From positions 9,415 to 73,414 of the forward strand of contig JAVEYS010000002.1 in assembly GCA_034003345.1 (NCBI GenBank): a DNA stretch of 64,000 nucleotides, read 5' to 3'. Positions 10,161 to 20,008 of this stretch are shown here, piece by piece. The DNA is from Bacteroidales bacterium (GTDB taxonomy: Bacteria > Bacteroidota > Bacteroidia > Bacteroidales > VadinHA17). Both the position numbers and the translations under genes were made by a program. The first letter of the stretch is position 1. The number at the start of each line of letters is the position of its first letter. The notes under the pieces are model-generated. The model made no database searches. It saw only the letters and a program-made list of their open reading frames with translations, and was not told where the DNA came from.

Positions 10161-11435
10161 ATGCTTACCATAAACCTTATCCGTGAACAGTCATCTTTTG
10201 TGATTGAAAGGCTCAAAGTCAAAAACTTTGACGCCGCCACTATTGTGGAGAATGTTCTAAGCCTGGACCGCCGCAGGCGTGAGCTGCAGACTGAGAGTGA
10301 TGCGATACAGGCTCAGCTTAACACTCTTTCACGTGAGATAGGGTCAATGATGAAGGGTGGCAGGAGAGAGGATGCTGAAGCTGCCAGAGAGGGCATAAGC
10401 ACCATGAAGGAGAAACAGAGACAGCTTGCGGAGACACTTGAAGAGGTGAGCCATGAGATGCAAAACGAACTGATTAAGCTCCCCAACCTGCCCCATGCAC
10501 TCGTTGCACCCGGCAAGGGTGCCGAAGATAACGTCGTTATCCGCAGCGGAGGAGTTATCCCTGAGCTTCATGCAGATGCGGTGCCGCACTGGGAGCTGAT
10601 AAAAAAATATGATATCATCGACTTTGATCTGGGGATAAAGATCACCGGTGCGGGGTTCCCTGTCTATAAAGGCCAGGGCGCCAGACTTCAGAGGGCACTG
10701 ATAAACTTCTTCCTCGATGAGGGAGGCAAAGCAGGATATCGTGAGATTGAACCGCCCATAGTGGTCAACGAGGATTCCGGGTTCGGCACAGGACAGCTCC
10801 CTGACAAAGAGGGGCAGATGTATCACGTTGGCATTGACAATCTATACATGATTCCCACTGCCGAGGTGCCAATTACCAACATCTACCGTGATGTGATCCT
10901 TGATGCAGCTGATCTGCCCATCCGTAACATAGGATATACTCCCTGTTTCCGCCGTGAGGCAGGCTCATGGGGAGCACACGTCAGAGGCCTCAACAGGCTC
11001 CACCAGTTTGACAAGGTAGAGATAGTGCAGATAGCCCATCCTGACAGCTCCTACGTTGTTCTTGAGCAGATGGTGACACATGTAGAGAACCTGCTTGTTA
11101 AGCTTGAGCTGCCATACCGCATCGTGAGACTGTGCGGCGGCGACATGTCATTCACCTCAGCCATGACATACGACTTCGAAGTATGGTCTGCAGCACAGCA
11201 GCGCTGGCTTGAAGTAAGCTCTACATCAAACTTCGAGGCCTTTCAGGCCAACAGGCTCAAATGCCGTTTCCGTGAGAAGGGAGCAAAACAGACAACACTC
11301 TGCCACACACTGAACGGAAGCGCCCTGGCGCTGCCTCGTATAGTGGCAGCCATGCTTGAAAACAATCAGTCGCCCGAAGGAATAAGGATACCAGCTGCCC
11401 TGGTACCATATACGGGATTTGAGATGATAAGCTGA
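10161..11435 (+). CDS. serS: Seryl-tRNA synthetase
   Basis: 424 aa with an N-terminal coiled-coil arm and class II aaRS motifs (YTPCFRREAGS, GSALALPR). Confidence 0.93.
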   Translation: MLTINLIREQSSFVIERLKVKNFDAATIVENVLSLDRRRRELQTESDAIQAQLNTLSREIGSMMKGGRREDAEAAREGISTMKEKQRQLAETLEEVSHEMQNELIKLPNLPHALVAPGKGAEDNVVIRSGGVIPELHADAVPHWELIKKYDIIDFDLGIKITGAGFPVYKGQGARLQRALINFFLDEGGKAGYREIEPPIVVNEDSGFGTGQLPDKEGQMYHVGIDNLYMIPTAEVPITNIYRDVILDAADLPIRNIGYTPCFRREAGSWGAHVRGLNRLHQFDKVEIVQIAHPDSSYVVLEQMVTHVENLLVKLELPYRIVRLCGGDMSFTSAMTYDFEVWSAAQQRWLEVSSTSNFEAFQANRLKCRFREKGAKQTTLCHTLNGSALALPRIVAAMLENNQSPEGIRIPAALVPYTGFEMIS

Positions 11436-11440
11436 GCAGA

Positions 11441-12325
11441 ATGAAAAAGAGCGCACGGGCATATCTTTATGCTGCTCTTTCTGTATTCCTGTGGGGTACA
11501 ATTCCTACCGCCTTCAAGATAGCACTTGCCGGGTTGTCAATAGTGACAATGCTCGGTATCGCTACGCTGGTTTCAACCGCTGTGCTGTTACTTATTGTAG
11601 TCTCCACGCGGAAGCTGACGATGCTCAAGGCAATGACCCGGAAGGAGCTATTATGGTCTGCACTGCTAGGACTGATCAACCCCGTAGGTTATTACCTCAT
11701 CCTGCTTACAGCCTACAACCGTCTGCCTGGCCAGGTGGCACAGCCGATAAACATGATCTGGCCTCTCATCCTGGTATTCTTTTCAATACCGTTATTACAT
11801 CAGCGCATACCCGCCCGAAGCTTCATTGCATTGCTCATAAGCCTTGCCGGTGTATATATAATAGCCTCCCAGGGTGCTCCCCTGAAACCCGGCAGATCAG
11901 ATACCACAGGGGTGCTGCTGGCACTGGTGAGCGGAGTGCTGTGGGCTCTCTATTTCGTGCTTAATGTACGCGACAGACGGGATGAGGCTGTCAAACTGTT
12001 CACCAATTTCCTCTTCGGATCATCATACATGCTGATCCTGATGGCCTTCAGCGGGTCCTTCAGCCAGGAGATAAATCTCAGGAGCGCTGCAGCATCAGTT
12101 TACTGCGGCATCTTTGAGATGGGAATAACCTTCTGGCTCTGGCTGAGGGCCCTGCAACTGGCAGAGACAACAGACAGGGTAAGCAATCTGGTCTACTTCG
12201 CCCCCTTTATTTCAATCATACTCCTGCACCTTATTATACATGAACCCGTTTACTTTACCACGCCAATAGGACTGCTCCTTATCATCGGTAGCGTGATGTT
12301 CCAGAACAGAGGCAGAAAAGGGTAA
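11441..12325 (+). CDS. DMT-superfamily (EamA-like) transporter
   Basis: 294 aa with about 10 hydrophobic segments in two similar halves. Substrate unknown. Confidence 0.7.
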   Translation: MKKSARAYLYAALSVFLWGTIPTAFKIALAGLSIVTMLGIATLVSTAVLLLIVVSTRKLTMLKAMTRKELLWSALLGLINPVGYYLILLTAYNRLPGQVAQPINMIWPLILVFFSIPLLHQRIPARSFIALLISLAGVYIIASQGAPLKPGRSDTTGVLLALVSGVLWALYFVLNVRDRRDEAVKLFTNFLFGSSYMLILMAFSGSFSQEINLRSAAASVYCGIFEMGITFWLWLRALQLAETTDRVSNLVYFAPFISIILLHLIIHEPVYFTTPIGLLLIIGSVMFQNRGRKG

Positions 12326-12375
12326 TTAAAACCCGGCATATTTTTTGCTATTTTTATCCCATAATAAACTGAAAA

Positions 12376-13713
12376 ATGAAAAAGATAATTCTTATAACTC
12401 TCCTTATAATTCCACTTATTTACGGCTGCAAGGAAGATCCTGTTGTACCGGTAGACGAATACACTGATGAGGAAAGTGCCCGCGACGGACTCTATGACCT
12501 CATGGAATATGTGTACCTGTGGTATAATACAATGCCCACTGTTAAGGTCTCCGACTATGACGGACCCCAAAGTCTTCTTGAGGCCGTCAGGTATCAGCCA
12601 ATTGACAGGTGGAGCTTTGTGACCGATTATGACAGTTTCATGGCATCAATGGAGGGAAGCTTCGTCGGCCACGGAATCAGGATGGCTCTTGATGACGATG
12701 ACAACGTGAGAGTGGTCAGTCTCTACAAAAACTCCGACCTGTGGCCCGAGGGCGTCAGGAGAGGATGGATCATCAAGTCGGTTAATAATATACCGTTAGC
12801 TCCTATCTTTATCTCCGGTGATGATGAAGCGTATGATGACCTCATGGGAGCCTCAACTGCAGGACTGGTAAACACATTCACCTTTATCAACCCGGAAGGC
12901 AGTGAGGTTACCATTAATTCCACAAAAGCAAGCTTCACCATTAATTCGGTGACCAATGCCTCTATACTTGATCTCCCAAGTGGCAAGACAGGCTATCTCT
13001 GCTTTGAGACATTCATTGACCCCTCCGAGCAGGAGCTTAATGAAGCATTTGCCAATTTCAAATCCAATAACATCACCGATCTGATAATTGACCTCCGCTA
13101 CAACGGTGGCGGTTATATGGACATTGCTCAGCAGCTGTCAAGCCTGGTGCTGAGCTGGGATGATACTACCAGTGTTTGCTACAAGCTTAACTACAACAGC
13201 CTTGTAGGACCGGAATGGAATGAAAGCTACAACTTCATCAGAACGGAGAGTCCGCTCGGCCTTGACCGCGTAGTGTTCATCACTACCAGAAGCTCTGCCT
13301 CAGCCAGCGAGGTAGTGATTAACAGCCTGAAACCCTACATCGGGGTGACCATTGTAGGTGATACAACCCACGGCAAGCCGGCCGGGATGAACATATGGGG
13401 ATACCCCTTCCCTTCAAATAGCAACCCTGATCCTGACTACAAATATGTTTTTGCGCCTATTACGTTTGAGTATGTCAACGCTTCCGATGAGGGACACTTC
13501 TATGAAGGCATGGTCCCTGATGTCATGGCATCAGATGATATCACTCACGACTTTGGTGATCCTGAAGAAGCTTCACTGAAGGCAGCCATCGGAGTACTGG
13601 AAGGGAAGAAGGCAGCAACGGCAACCACATTCAGGCGCAGGAGTATCTATTCGGAGGGCAATCAGCTACCAACAGAACTCTTCCTTGATCCTCCCCAATC
13701 ATTCAGGAAATGA
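12376..13713 (+). CDS. S41-family peptidase-like lipoprotein
   Basis: Lipoprotein signal (IPLIYGC), then motifs IDLRYNGGGY and TTRSSASASEVVIN typical of S41 (C-terminal processing) peptidases. Confidence 0.7.
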   Translation: MKKIILITLLIIPLIYGCKEDPVVPVDEYTDEESARDGLYDLMEYVYLWYNTMPTVKVSDYDGPQSLLEAVRYQPIDRWSFVTDYDSFMASMEGSFVGHGIRMALDDDDNVRVVSLYKNSDLWPEGVRRGWIIKSVNNIPLAPIFISGDDEAYDDLMGASTAGLVNTFTFINPEGSEVTINSTKASFTINSVTNASILDLPSGKTGYLCFETFIDPSEQELNEAFANFKSNNITDLIIDLRYNGGGYMDIAQQLSSLVLSWDDTTSVCYKLNYNSLVGPEWNESYNFIRTESPLGLDRVVFITTRSSASASEVVINSLKPYIGVTIVGDTTHGKPAGMNIWGYPFPSNSNPDPDYKYVFAPITFEYVNASDEGHFYEGMVPDVMASDDITHDFGDPEEASLKAAIGVLEGKKAATATTFRRRSIYSEGNQLPTELFLDPPQSFRK

Positions 13714-14273
13714 AGAACCGGCAGGGTGAAAAGATCATCCTGGGAATTGACCCGGGGACAACTATCACCGGTTACGGTCTTATAAGCGTTGAGGGAAAGA
13801 CACCGACACTGATCACCCTGGGAATAATTGATCTGCGCAAGAAAGAGGATCATTTTCGAAAGATACGTACTATTTTTGAACAGACACTCTCACTGATAGA
13901 CCAGTATCACCCCGATGAGTTTGCCATTGAAGCTCCCTTCTACGGAAAAAATGTTCAGAGCATGCTCAAGCTGGGCAGGGCACAGGGTGCAGCTATATCT
14001 GCGGCCCTGTACCGTGACCTCCCGGTCTTTGAGTATGCCCCGAGGATGATCAAGATGTCGATCACCGGGCAAGGGCAGGCAAGCAAGGAACAGGTCTGCG
14101 CCATGCTCAAAACTATCCTTTCGTTTGACACAGAGAAGATGGTTCTTGATGCCACCGATGCCCTTGGTGCGGCCCTCTGCCACTTTTACCAGAGCAACAA
14201 GCCTGTCTCATCAAAGGGATACAAAAACTGGGGTGAATACATAAAGAAGAACAGCGACAGGCTCAAAGAGTAA
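13710..14273 (+). CDS. ruvC: Crossover junction endodeoxyribonuclease RuvC
   Basis: 187 aa with the ILGIDPGTTITGYG catalytic motif. The start overlaps the upstream stop by 4 nt (ATGA). Confidence 0.9.
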   Translation: MKNRQGEKIILGIDPGTTITGYGLISVEGKTPTLITLGIIDLRKKEDHFRKIRTIFEQTLSLIDQYHPDEFAIEAPFYGKNVQSMLKLGRAQGAAISAALYRDLPVFEYAPRMIKMSITGQGQASKEQVCAMLKTILSFDTEKMVLDATDALGAALCHFYQSNKPVSSKGYKNWGEYIKKNSDRLKE

Positions 14274-14973
14274 GCTTCTGCGCTGCCGCCAGAGCCACCA
14301 CGCTCACCCTGACATCACCTGCACCGTTAAGGGCGTTTACACATGCCTCCACTGTTGATCCGGTAGTGATGACATCATCAACCAGAAGGATATGCCTTCC
14401 GGCTATTGCTTCAGGTTTCCTGACCGCAAAGAGACCCTCCACATTCTCCCATCTCTCATAACGGCCACGCCTTGTTTGTGAGCCTGACCTTCCTGCACGG
14501 AACAGTATGTCATTCCTGACAGGCAGACGGCTTGCTACTGAGATGCCTGCCGCTATACATTCACTCTGGTTATAGCCCCTCCTTCTCTGTCGCATGATAT
14601 CCAGCGGTACAGGAACGATGAGGTCTATATCCTTCATGAAGCCGCTGTCTGCCAGCATGGAGCCGTATAGCTCTCCCAGCATCCTCCCGATATCTCTCCT
14701 GCCGTCATACTTGAGAGCATGAATGAGACGCCTTATGCGGCTTCCCCGGTTATACACGGAGAAGGCAGCAGCCCTTTCAACCAAGCATCTGCCCCAGAAA
14801 GCCTGTTCAAGAGGGTTGTCACGGCGCAAATGAAAATCAGTCCTGGCCATAGCGAGCAGGCACTCCGTACAGAGCCCCTCCTCTCCTCTCACCAGGGGAA
14901 CCCTGCATGAAAGGCAGAGACGTGGCAGGAACAGACTCAGAAAGTCGTCACCAATATCTTTAACATAAGACAC
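14263..14973 (-). CDS. ComF-family protein (phosphoribosyltransferase domain)
   Basis: N-terminal Cys pairs (CLSC...CTEC) and a C-terminal PRTase motif ILLVDDVITTGST. The 3' end overlaps ruvC convergently by 11 nt. Confidence 0.8.
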   Translation of the reverse strand: MSYVKDIGDDFLSLFLPRLCLSCRVPLVRGEEGLCTECLLAMARTDFHLRRDNPLEQAFWGRCLVERAAAFSVYNRGSRIRRLIHALKYDGRRDIGRMLGELYGSMLADSGFMKDIDLIVPVPLDIMRQRRRGYNQSECIAAGISVASRLPVRNDILFRAGRSGSQTRRGRYERWENVEGLFAVRKPEAIAGRHILLVDDVITTGSTVEACVNALNGAGDVRVSVVALAAAQKLTL

Positions 14974-15083
14974 TTCACAGCGAGAAGTATAAGTAAAGTT
15001 ATGATAATTATAATATTAATATTTCCCCGTGGAAAACTTTCTTATATTTCCGCTGATATTTTTCGAACCAATTAATTACGATT

Positions 15084-15401
15084 ATGAAGAAATGGATGAT
15101 TGGCAGCCTTATACTCATCGCACTGATGGTGTTGGCTGCGGGGGTCTATGCTCAGACTACCGACAAAGTGAAGAAGCACACAAAGAGTGAGTGCACCTTT
15201 GTCGACAAGAACCAGGACGGCAAGTGTGACGTATGCGGCTCTGTTGCAGAAGCATGCAAGAAGGAGGCCACTACTGCCACTAAAGGCAAGGACTGCTCCA
15301 AATGCCCTTCAGCTGCAGAATGCGCTGAGACCAAGGGTGAAGTGGTACCTGCAAAAGAGGGCACCGGCACCGGTTCGCCATGCTGTTCAGGCAAGAAGTA
15401 A
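15084..15401 (+). CDS. Small secreted Cys-rich protein (105 aa), function unknown
   Basis: A signal peptide (MKKWMIGSLILIALMVLAAGVYAQ) is followed by 10 Cys in about 80 residues, including CDVC, CSKC and a CC pair. A strong terminator follows. Confidence 0.55.
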   Translation: MKKWMIGSLILIALMVLAAGVYAQTTDKVKKHTKSECTFVDKNQDGKCDVCGSVAEACKKEATTATKGKDCSKCPSAAECAETKGEVVPAKEGTGTGSPCCSGKK

Positions 15402-15414
15402 AATATGCTGATAA

Positions 15415-15453
15415 CAAAAAAGAGGGTGCCTTGTGAGACACCCTCTTTTTTTT
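15415..15453. terminator. Bidirectional terminator hairpin; copy A of a repeated element
   Basis: aaaaaAGAGGGTGccttgtgagaCACCCTCTtttttttt. It shares an identical 20-mer (CCTTGTGAGACACCCTCTTT, 15429..15448) with 31615..31634. Confidence 0.8.
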
Positions 15454-15671
15454 CTAATTGAATCTCCGAAAGGTTCACCGCAAATTGCTTACATAAATAT
15501 TAGTTTTTATCCTTTTAATATGAAAAGCAACGTCATATTCCCTGTCCGGTTTTCATAGACAAAAAATAAATTACAGTTAATTATACCTGTCTACTTGCGG
15601 ATATCGTCCAATTTTGACAAAAACCTTAACAGTACAGGCATCCGGAACAATTCCGGAATTGGGACAAGCAA

Positions 15672-16685
15672 TTAATACGATTTCGAGGAAACGGAATCCC
15701 TGTAAATAATTTTTGGCTTCAGCAAGACCTGGATGGTTGATCTGGGTTCGTCATTAAGCATTCCAAGCAAAATCCGGATAGCTACCTGACTGATCTCAAG
15801 TAATGGTTGAGCCACACTTGTTATCGGGACGGAAAGTAGTTCCAGGTAGGGTGAATCATCAAAAGTAATTAGGGAAATATCTTCCGGGACTTTTATGGCT
15901 TCTTCCCGCAAAGCCTTCAGACAACCTATGGCAATAGTACTGCTTAGAGTAAAAATAGCTGAAACATGAACCCTGCTCTGAAGGAGTAGTTTTGTTTCCA
16001 GGTATCCGTTTCGCTCATCAAACATCTCTCCCTCGATATATTTTTCCTTGATACCCGCATCATCCAGTGCTTTTACATATCCCTCCACCCGTTTAATATT
16101 GGAAATCGAAAACTTATTTCCCTGAATGCAGGCAATATTTCTGTGCCCCATATCAATCAGATACTTCGTAGCCATGTATCCCCCTATAAAATTATCAGTT
16201 GCCACGTAGGGAATATCCAAATTCTCAAAATACCTGTCGATACACACGATAGACAGGCCACTGTCATGCAACTTCTTTAATTCCTTTGAATCTTTACCAC
16301 AAGGTGCAATTATAAGTCCTTCAATATTTCTCGACCTCAGTCTTTTTAAAGATTCAGCCTCAATATGTTCATCTTCATCACTTTCATTTAAGATCGTCAT
16401 AAATTCAAGTTTCCTCAACTCTCTGTTCAGATCACTGGCAATCTTTGCAAAAAACATATTGCTTACTGTGGGAATAGATAATGCAATAGTATTGCTCTTC
16501 CCTGACCTCAGGTTTGAGGCATATTCATTTGGAATGTAGTTAAGTTTTTTTGCCATTTCTTTTACACGTAACTGCGTTTCCTTTCCAATCCGGTACTGAT
16601 CTGCCTTCCCATTCAGTACCCTTGAAATTGTAGTTACCGAGAGTTTCAACTCTTTTGCTATATCTGAAATCGTCTGTACTGGCAT
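15672..16685 (-). CDS. LacI-family transcriptional regulator (probable PUL regulator)
   Basis: N-terminal HTH ISDIAKELKLSVTTISRVLNG plus a periplasmic-binding-protein-like sugar-binding core. 337 aa, divergent from susC. Confidence 0.88.
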   Translation of the reverse strand: MPVQTISDIAKELKLSVTTISRVLNGKADQYRIGKETQLRVKEMAKKLNYIPNEYASNLRSGKSNTIALSIPTVSNMFFAKIASDLNRELRKLEFMTILNESDEDEHIEAESLKRLRSRNIEGLIIAPCGKDSKELKKLHDSGLSIVCIDRYFENLDIPYVATDNFIGGYMATKYLIDMGHRNIACIQGNKFSISNIKRVEGYVKALDDAGIKEKYIEGEMFDERNGYLETKLLLQSRVHVSAIFTLSSTIAIGCLKALREEAIKVPEDISLITFDDSPYLELLSVPITSVAQPLLEISQVAIRILLGMLNDEPRSTIQVLLKPKIIYRDSVSSKSY

Positions 16686-16718
16686 TTTAAATTTTTTATA
16701 AAATTACAACAATTTTTT

Positions 16719-16736
16719 TGCTCAAACGTTTGCGCA
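16719..16736. promoter_or_regulatory. Candidate LacI-type operator O1 (TGCTCAAAC|GTTTGCGCA)
   Basis: An 18-bp inverted repeat with 8 of 9 arm positions symmetric around a central CG, as in LacI/CcpA-family operators. It lies 34 nt upstream of the regulator ATG. Confidence 0.5.
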
Positions 16737-16816
16737 TATAAAATAATATCATACATTTGGCCTTGAATATTTGTATTTATAGCGATGATTATTAGCGTAT
16801 GAGAAAATTTATTAAA

Positions 16817-16834
16817 TGCGCAAACGTTAATTCT
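16817..16834. promoter_or_regulatory. Candidate LacI-type operator O2 (TGCGCAAAC|GTTAATTCT), half-site identical to O1
   Basis: The left arm TGCGCAAACGTT is identical to the O1 right arm read on the opposite strand. The right arm is weakly symmetric. It lies about 60-80 nt upstream of susC. Confidence 0.4.
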
Positions 16835-16895
16835 AATTGGCTCGAAATAACAAATATACTTTAATATTTTCTAACTCTAAACTAGTCTTAATTCT

Positions 16896-19800
16896 ATGAG
16901 GAGATTAAAAACCGGGGGCTCATTAATGCTTAAAGCACTTCCCCCTCTATTACTGATGTTCCTGTTGTTTTCAGGCCTTCCAAACAAGGCTGACGCACAG
17001 GGAGTACAGGGAAATCTAATCAAGGTTACCGGAAGTGTAATGGACACAGAAGGACAACCAGTAATCTCGGCTACCGTTGTTATCAAAGGGACTAACAGAG
17101 GTACCGTAACAGATGCAAACGGTAAGTTCAATATTGAAGTCGACAGCAGGGATGCTACCCTGGTATTTTCATTTGTCGGTATGACCACCCGGGAAATTAC
17201 CGTTGGAACCCAATCTGATATTCCGGTCATTATGGAATATGACTTTGCAGGACTTGAAGAGGTGGTTGTTATTGGATATGGTACTTCCAAAAAGAGTGAC
17301 CTGACAGGTTCTGTAGCTTCCGTTAAGGGAGAGGAACTTACATCCCTGAGCACTCAGGATGTCCTCAGCAGTATGCAAGGGAAAATGTCGGGTGTGCACA
17401 TTGCCCCGAATTCAGGAGCTCCGGGATCCGGATCAACCGTCAGAATCAGGGGAGTGGGGACCATTAACAACAGTGATCCTATTTATGTAGTAGATGGTTT
17501 TCAGATAAGTGACATTGCCTACTTGTCTGTAAACGATATTGAGTCTATTGAGGTATTGAAGGATGCTTCCGCAACTGCCATCTATGGTTCAAGAGGAGCA
17601 AATGGCGTTATCCTCGTCACAACGAAAAAGGGTGGCACGGGTGGAATAAATGTAACTGCCAACTATAATTATGGCATACAGACCGCCACGAAACAAATTG
17701 ATATGCTTAACGCATGGCAATTTGCAACCCTATACAGGGAAGCCCATGAAAATTCAGGCCTGACACTTTCAACCTACGATCAGGAAGTAACTCAGCTGGT
17801 ATTAGACAATCACTCGGTAGGAACTAACTGGCAGGAACAGATTTTCAGAAAAAACGTTCCCATCCAGAACTTTAACCTGAGTATTACTGGCAAAGAAGGA
17901 AGAAACTCTTATCTGGGTTCGCTCTATTACAATACAAGAGAAGGCCTGGTGAAGAATAATAATTTCTCACAACTGAACCTGCGCCTTCACAATACATATG
18001 CATTGACTGATAAAATAAAATGGGATGCTGATTTAACCTATTCCACCAGCAACCGTCATGATATCAATGGAGGCGCACTTACCTCTTCCCTATATATGGA
18101 CCCGATCTCAACCGCATGGGATGAATCTACAAATAACTACGGCGTCAGGATGTTCAAACAAATTGAGGCCACCAATCCAGCCCTGACCATTGACAATTCC
18201 AAAAATGACAGATTGTCAACGAACAAAAGATTTGTAGTAAATACCTCTCTGACAATTGAAGACCTGTTTACAACTGGGCTCTCCTTCGTCACAAGGTTTG
18301 GTTATGACGAGCAAACGATCGCCGGACAAGGCTACTGGCCAGCATATTTTATTGATGCAACAACGTACAATCTTGAAAGTAGCCTCTACATGAACAACAG
18401 GGTTATGGACTCCAAACTCTGGTCAAGCTATTTCAGTTATGATAAAAGGATTGGACTACATTCTTTCAATGCTATGATTGGAAATGAAATGCAGAGTTTC
18501 CAAAACAACTACGTATCAGGAACGGTATATGATATACCCGATGATCCCAGGCAGATGTATTTCGATCTTGCCAGTAATCTCGAAAGAAAGTCCATTAATG
18601 GAAATTTCACTGAATCAGCTTTGCTCTCATACTTTGCAAGAGTCAACTACAAATATAAAGACAGGTACATGATCACGGGAACAATAAGGGCTGATGGCAG
18701 CTCAAAATTCCTGAAAGAGAATCGGTGGGGTGTTTTCCCATCAGTTGCTGCAGCATGGGATATCAAAAAAGAATCATTCATGGATAATGTAAATTTCATG
18801 AGTGGACTCAAGTTGCGTGCCGGCTGGGGCGTCGTTGGTAACCAGAACTCACTTAGTAATCCGTATGTTTATGCTTCCACAATTACTTCGGAAAGCAACT
18901 CCTATGTGATAGGTGGAACCATTGTGAATGGTTATTATCCGGCCGAACTGGCAAACAAGAAGATAAGATGGGAATCAACCGAAACATTTAATATAGGTGT
19001 TGACATGGGTCTCTTTGATTATAAGATTTCACTTGAGGCCAATATTTTCCAGAACACAACCAGGGACATGATTGCAACACCCCTGGCACCGTTGTATGTC
19101 GGATACAACGCCGTACCCTCAAACATTGGTTCAATGAGAAACAGAGGACTTGAAATTGCTCTGGGACACAAAAATGTGATAGGCAACTTCAGTTACAGTA
19201 TTAACTGGAACATCACAACCATAAACAATAAGGTACTTAGTCTTGGAACATCGACAGCCATAAGATCAGGGATGTTACCCAGGCTGGATCCGACAACTTA
19301 TACAGATGTTGGAACTGAAATTGGAGCATTCTACGGACTTGCAACTAATGGAATTTTCACACAGGCGGACCTTGATGCATTGCACGCTGCACATCCGGAA
19401 TACCAGCCTACTGCCCAACCCGGCGATGTGTGGTTTGTTGATTATGACGGTGATTTTATGATAGATAAGAACAATGACCGTCAATACCTGGGAAGCGCAG
19501 TGCCCGACTTCACTTCAGGTCTCAATATTGAAATGAAGTGGAAGCAGATTGACCTGTCTGCCTATATGCTTGGATCATTCGGAAACGAGATTGTCAGCGG
19601 TCAGTATGTATACATCTTCGGGTCAAATATAAAGAGCAACTGGCATGCAGATATGTGGAACCGTTCCCATGGGGATGTAATTACAGATATCCCAAGATTG
19701 GATATAGCTGACATTAACGGTAACACAAGCACATTCTCCGATCGTTTTGTTGAGGATGGCAGTTTTGTCAGGCTGAAGAACATACAAGTGGGTTACACAC

Positions 19801-19997
19801 TCCCGGCTTCAGTGGGTAATAAATTAATGATTAGTTCTTTGAGGTTTTATGTTTCAGCAGACAACCTCCTGACATTAACCAAATATTCCGGTTGGGATCC
19901 TGAACCCGTATCATTCGGCACACTCAACGGTGGTGTTGATTACGGTACATATCCTTTAGCAAGGACAATTTCACTCGGATTAAGTCTTAACTTTTAA
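16896..19997 (+). CDS. SusC/RagA-family TonB-dependent outer-membrane transporter
   Basis: 1033 aa with a signal peptide, a carboxypeptidase-regulatory-like domain (VTGSVMDTEGQPVISATVVIKGT), a plug/TonB-box region (VVVIGYGTSKKSDLTGSV) and a C-terminal barrel ending ...LGLSLNF. SusD follows. The true start may be M11 at 16926. Confidence 0.92.
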   Translation: MRRLKTGGSLMLKALPPLLLMFLLFSGLPNKADAQGVQGNLIKVTGSVMDTEGQPVISATVVIKGTNRGTVTDANGKFNIEVDSRDATLVFSFVGMTTREITVGTQSDIPVIMEYDFAGLEEVVVIGYGTSKKSDLTGSVASVKGEELTSLSTQDVLSSMQGKMSGVHIAPNSGAPGSGSTVRIRGVGTINNSDPIYVVDGFQISDIAYLSVNDIESIEVLKDASATAIYGSRGANGVILVTTKKGGTGGINVTANYNYGIQTATKQIDMLNAWQFATLYREAHENSGLTLSTYDQEVTQLVLDNHSVGTNWQEQIFRKNVPIQNFNLSITGKEGRNSYLGSLYYNTREGLVKNNNFSQLNLRLHNTYALTDKIKWDADLTYSTSNRHDINGGALTSSLYMDPISTAWDESTNNYGVRMFKQIEATNPALTIDNSKNDRLSTNKRFVVNTSLTIEDLFTTGLSFVTRFGYDEQTIAGQGYWPAYFIDATTYNLESSLYMNNRVMDSKLWSSYFSYDKRIGLHSFNAMIGNEMQSFQNNYVSGTVYDIPDDPRQMYFDLASNLERKSINGNFTESALLSYFARVNYKYKDRYMITGTIRADGSSKFLKENRWGVFPSVAAAWDIKKESFMDNVNFMSGLKLRAGWGVVGNQNSLSNPYVYASTITSESNSYVIGGTIVNGYYPAELANKKIRWESTETFNIGVDMGLFDYKISLEANIFQNTTRDMIATPLAPLYVGYNAVPSNIGSMRNRGLEIALGHKNVIGNFSYSINWNITTINNKVLSLGTSTAIRSGMLPRLDPTTYTDVGTEIGAFYGLATNGIFTQADLDALHAAHPEYQPTAQPGDVWFVDYDGDFMIDKNNDRQYLGSAVPDFTSGLNIEMKWKQIDLSAYMLGSFGNEIVSGQYVYIFGSNIKSNWHADMWNRSHGDVITDIPRLDIADINGNTSTFSDRFVEDGSFVRLKNIQVGYTLPASVGNKLMISSLRFYVSADNLLTLTKYSGWDPEPVSFGTLNGGVDYGTYPLARTISLGLSLNF

Positions 19998-20008
19998 ATC
20001 TTAGAGAA

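Noticed and set aside
16877-17353. 158-aa minus-strand ORF overlapping the susC 5' region
   Set aside because: It is antisense to the well-supported SusC N-terminal domains. Its Ser/Thr/Pro/Val-rich translation is typical of a shadow ORF.
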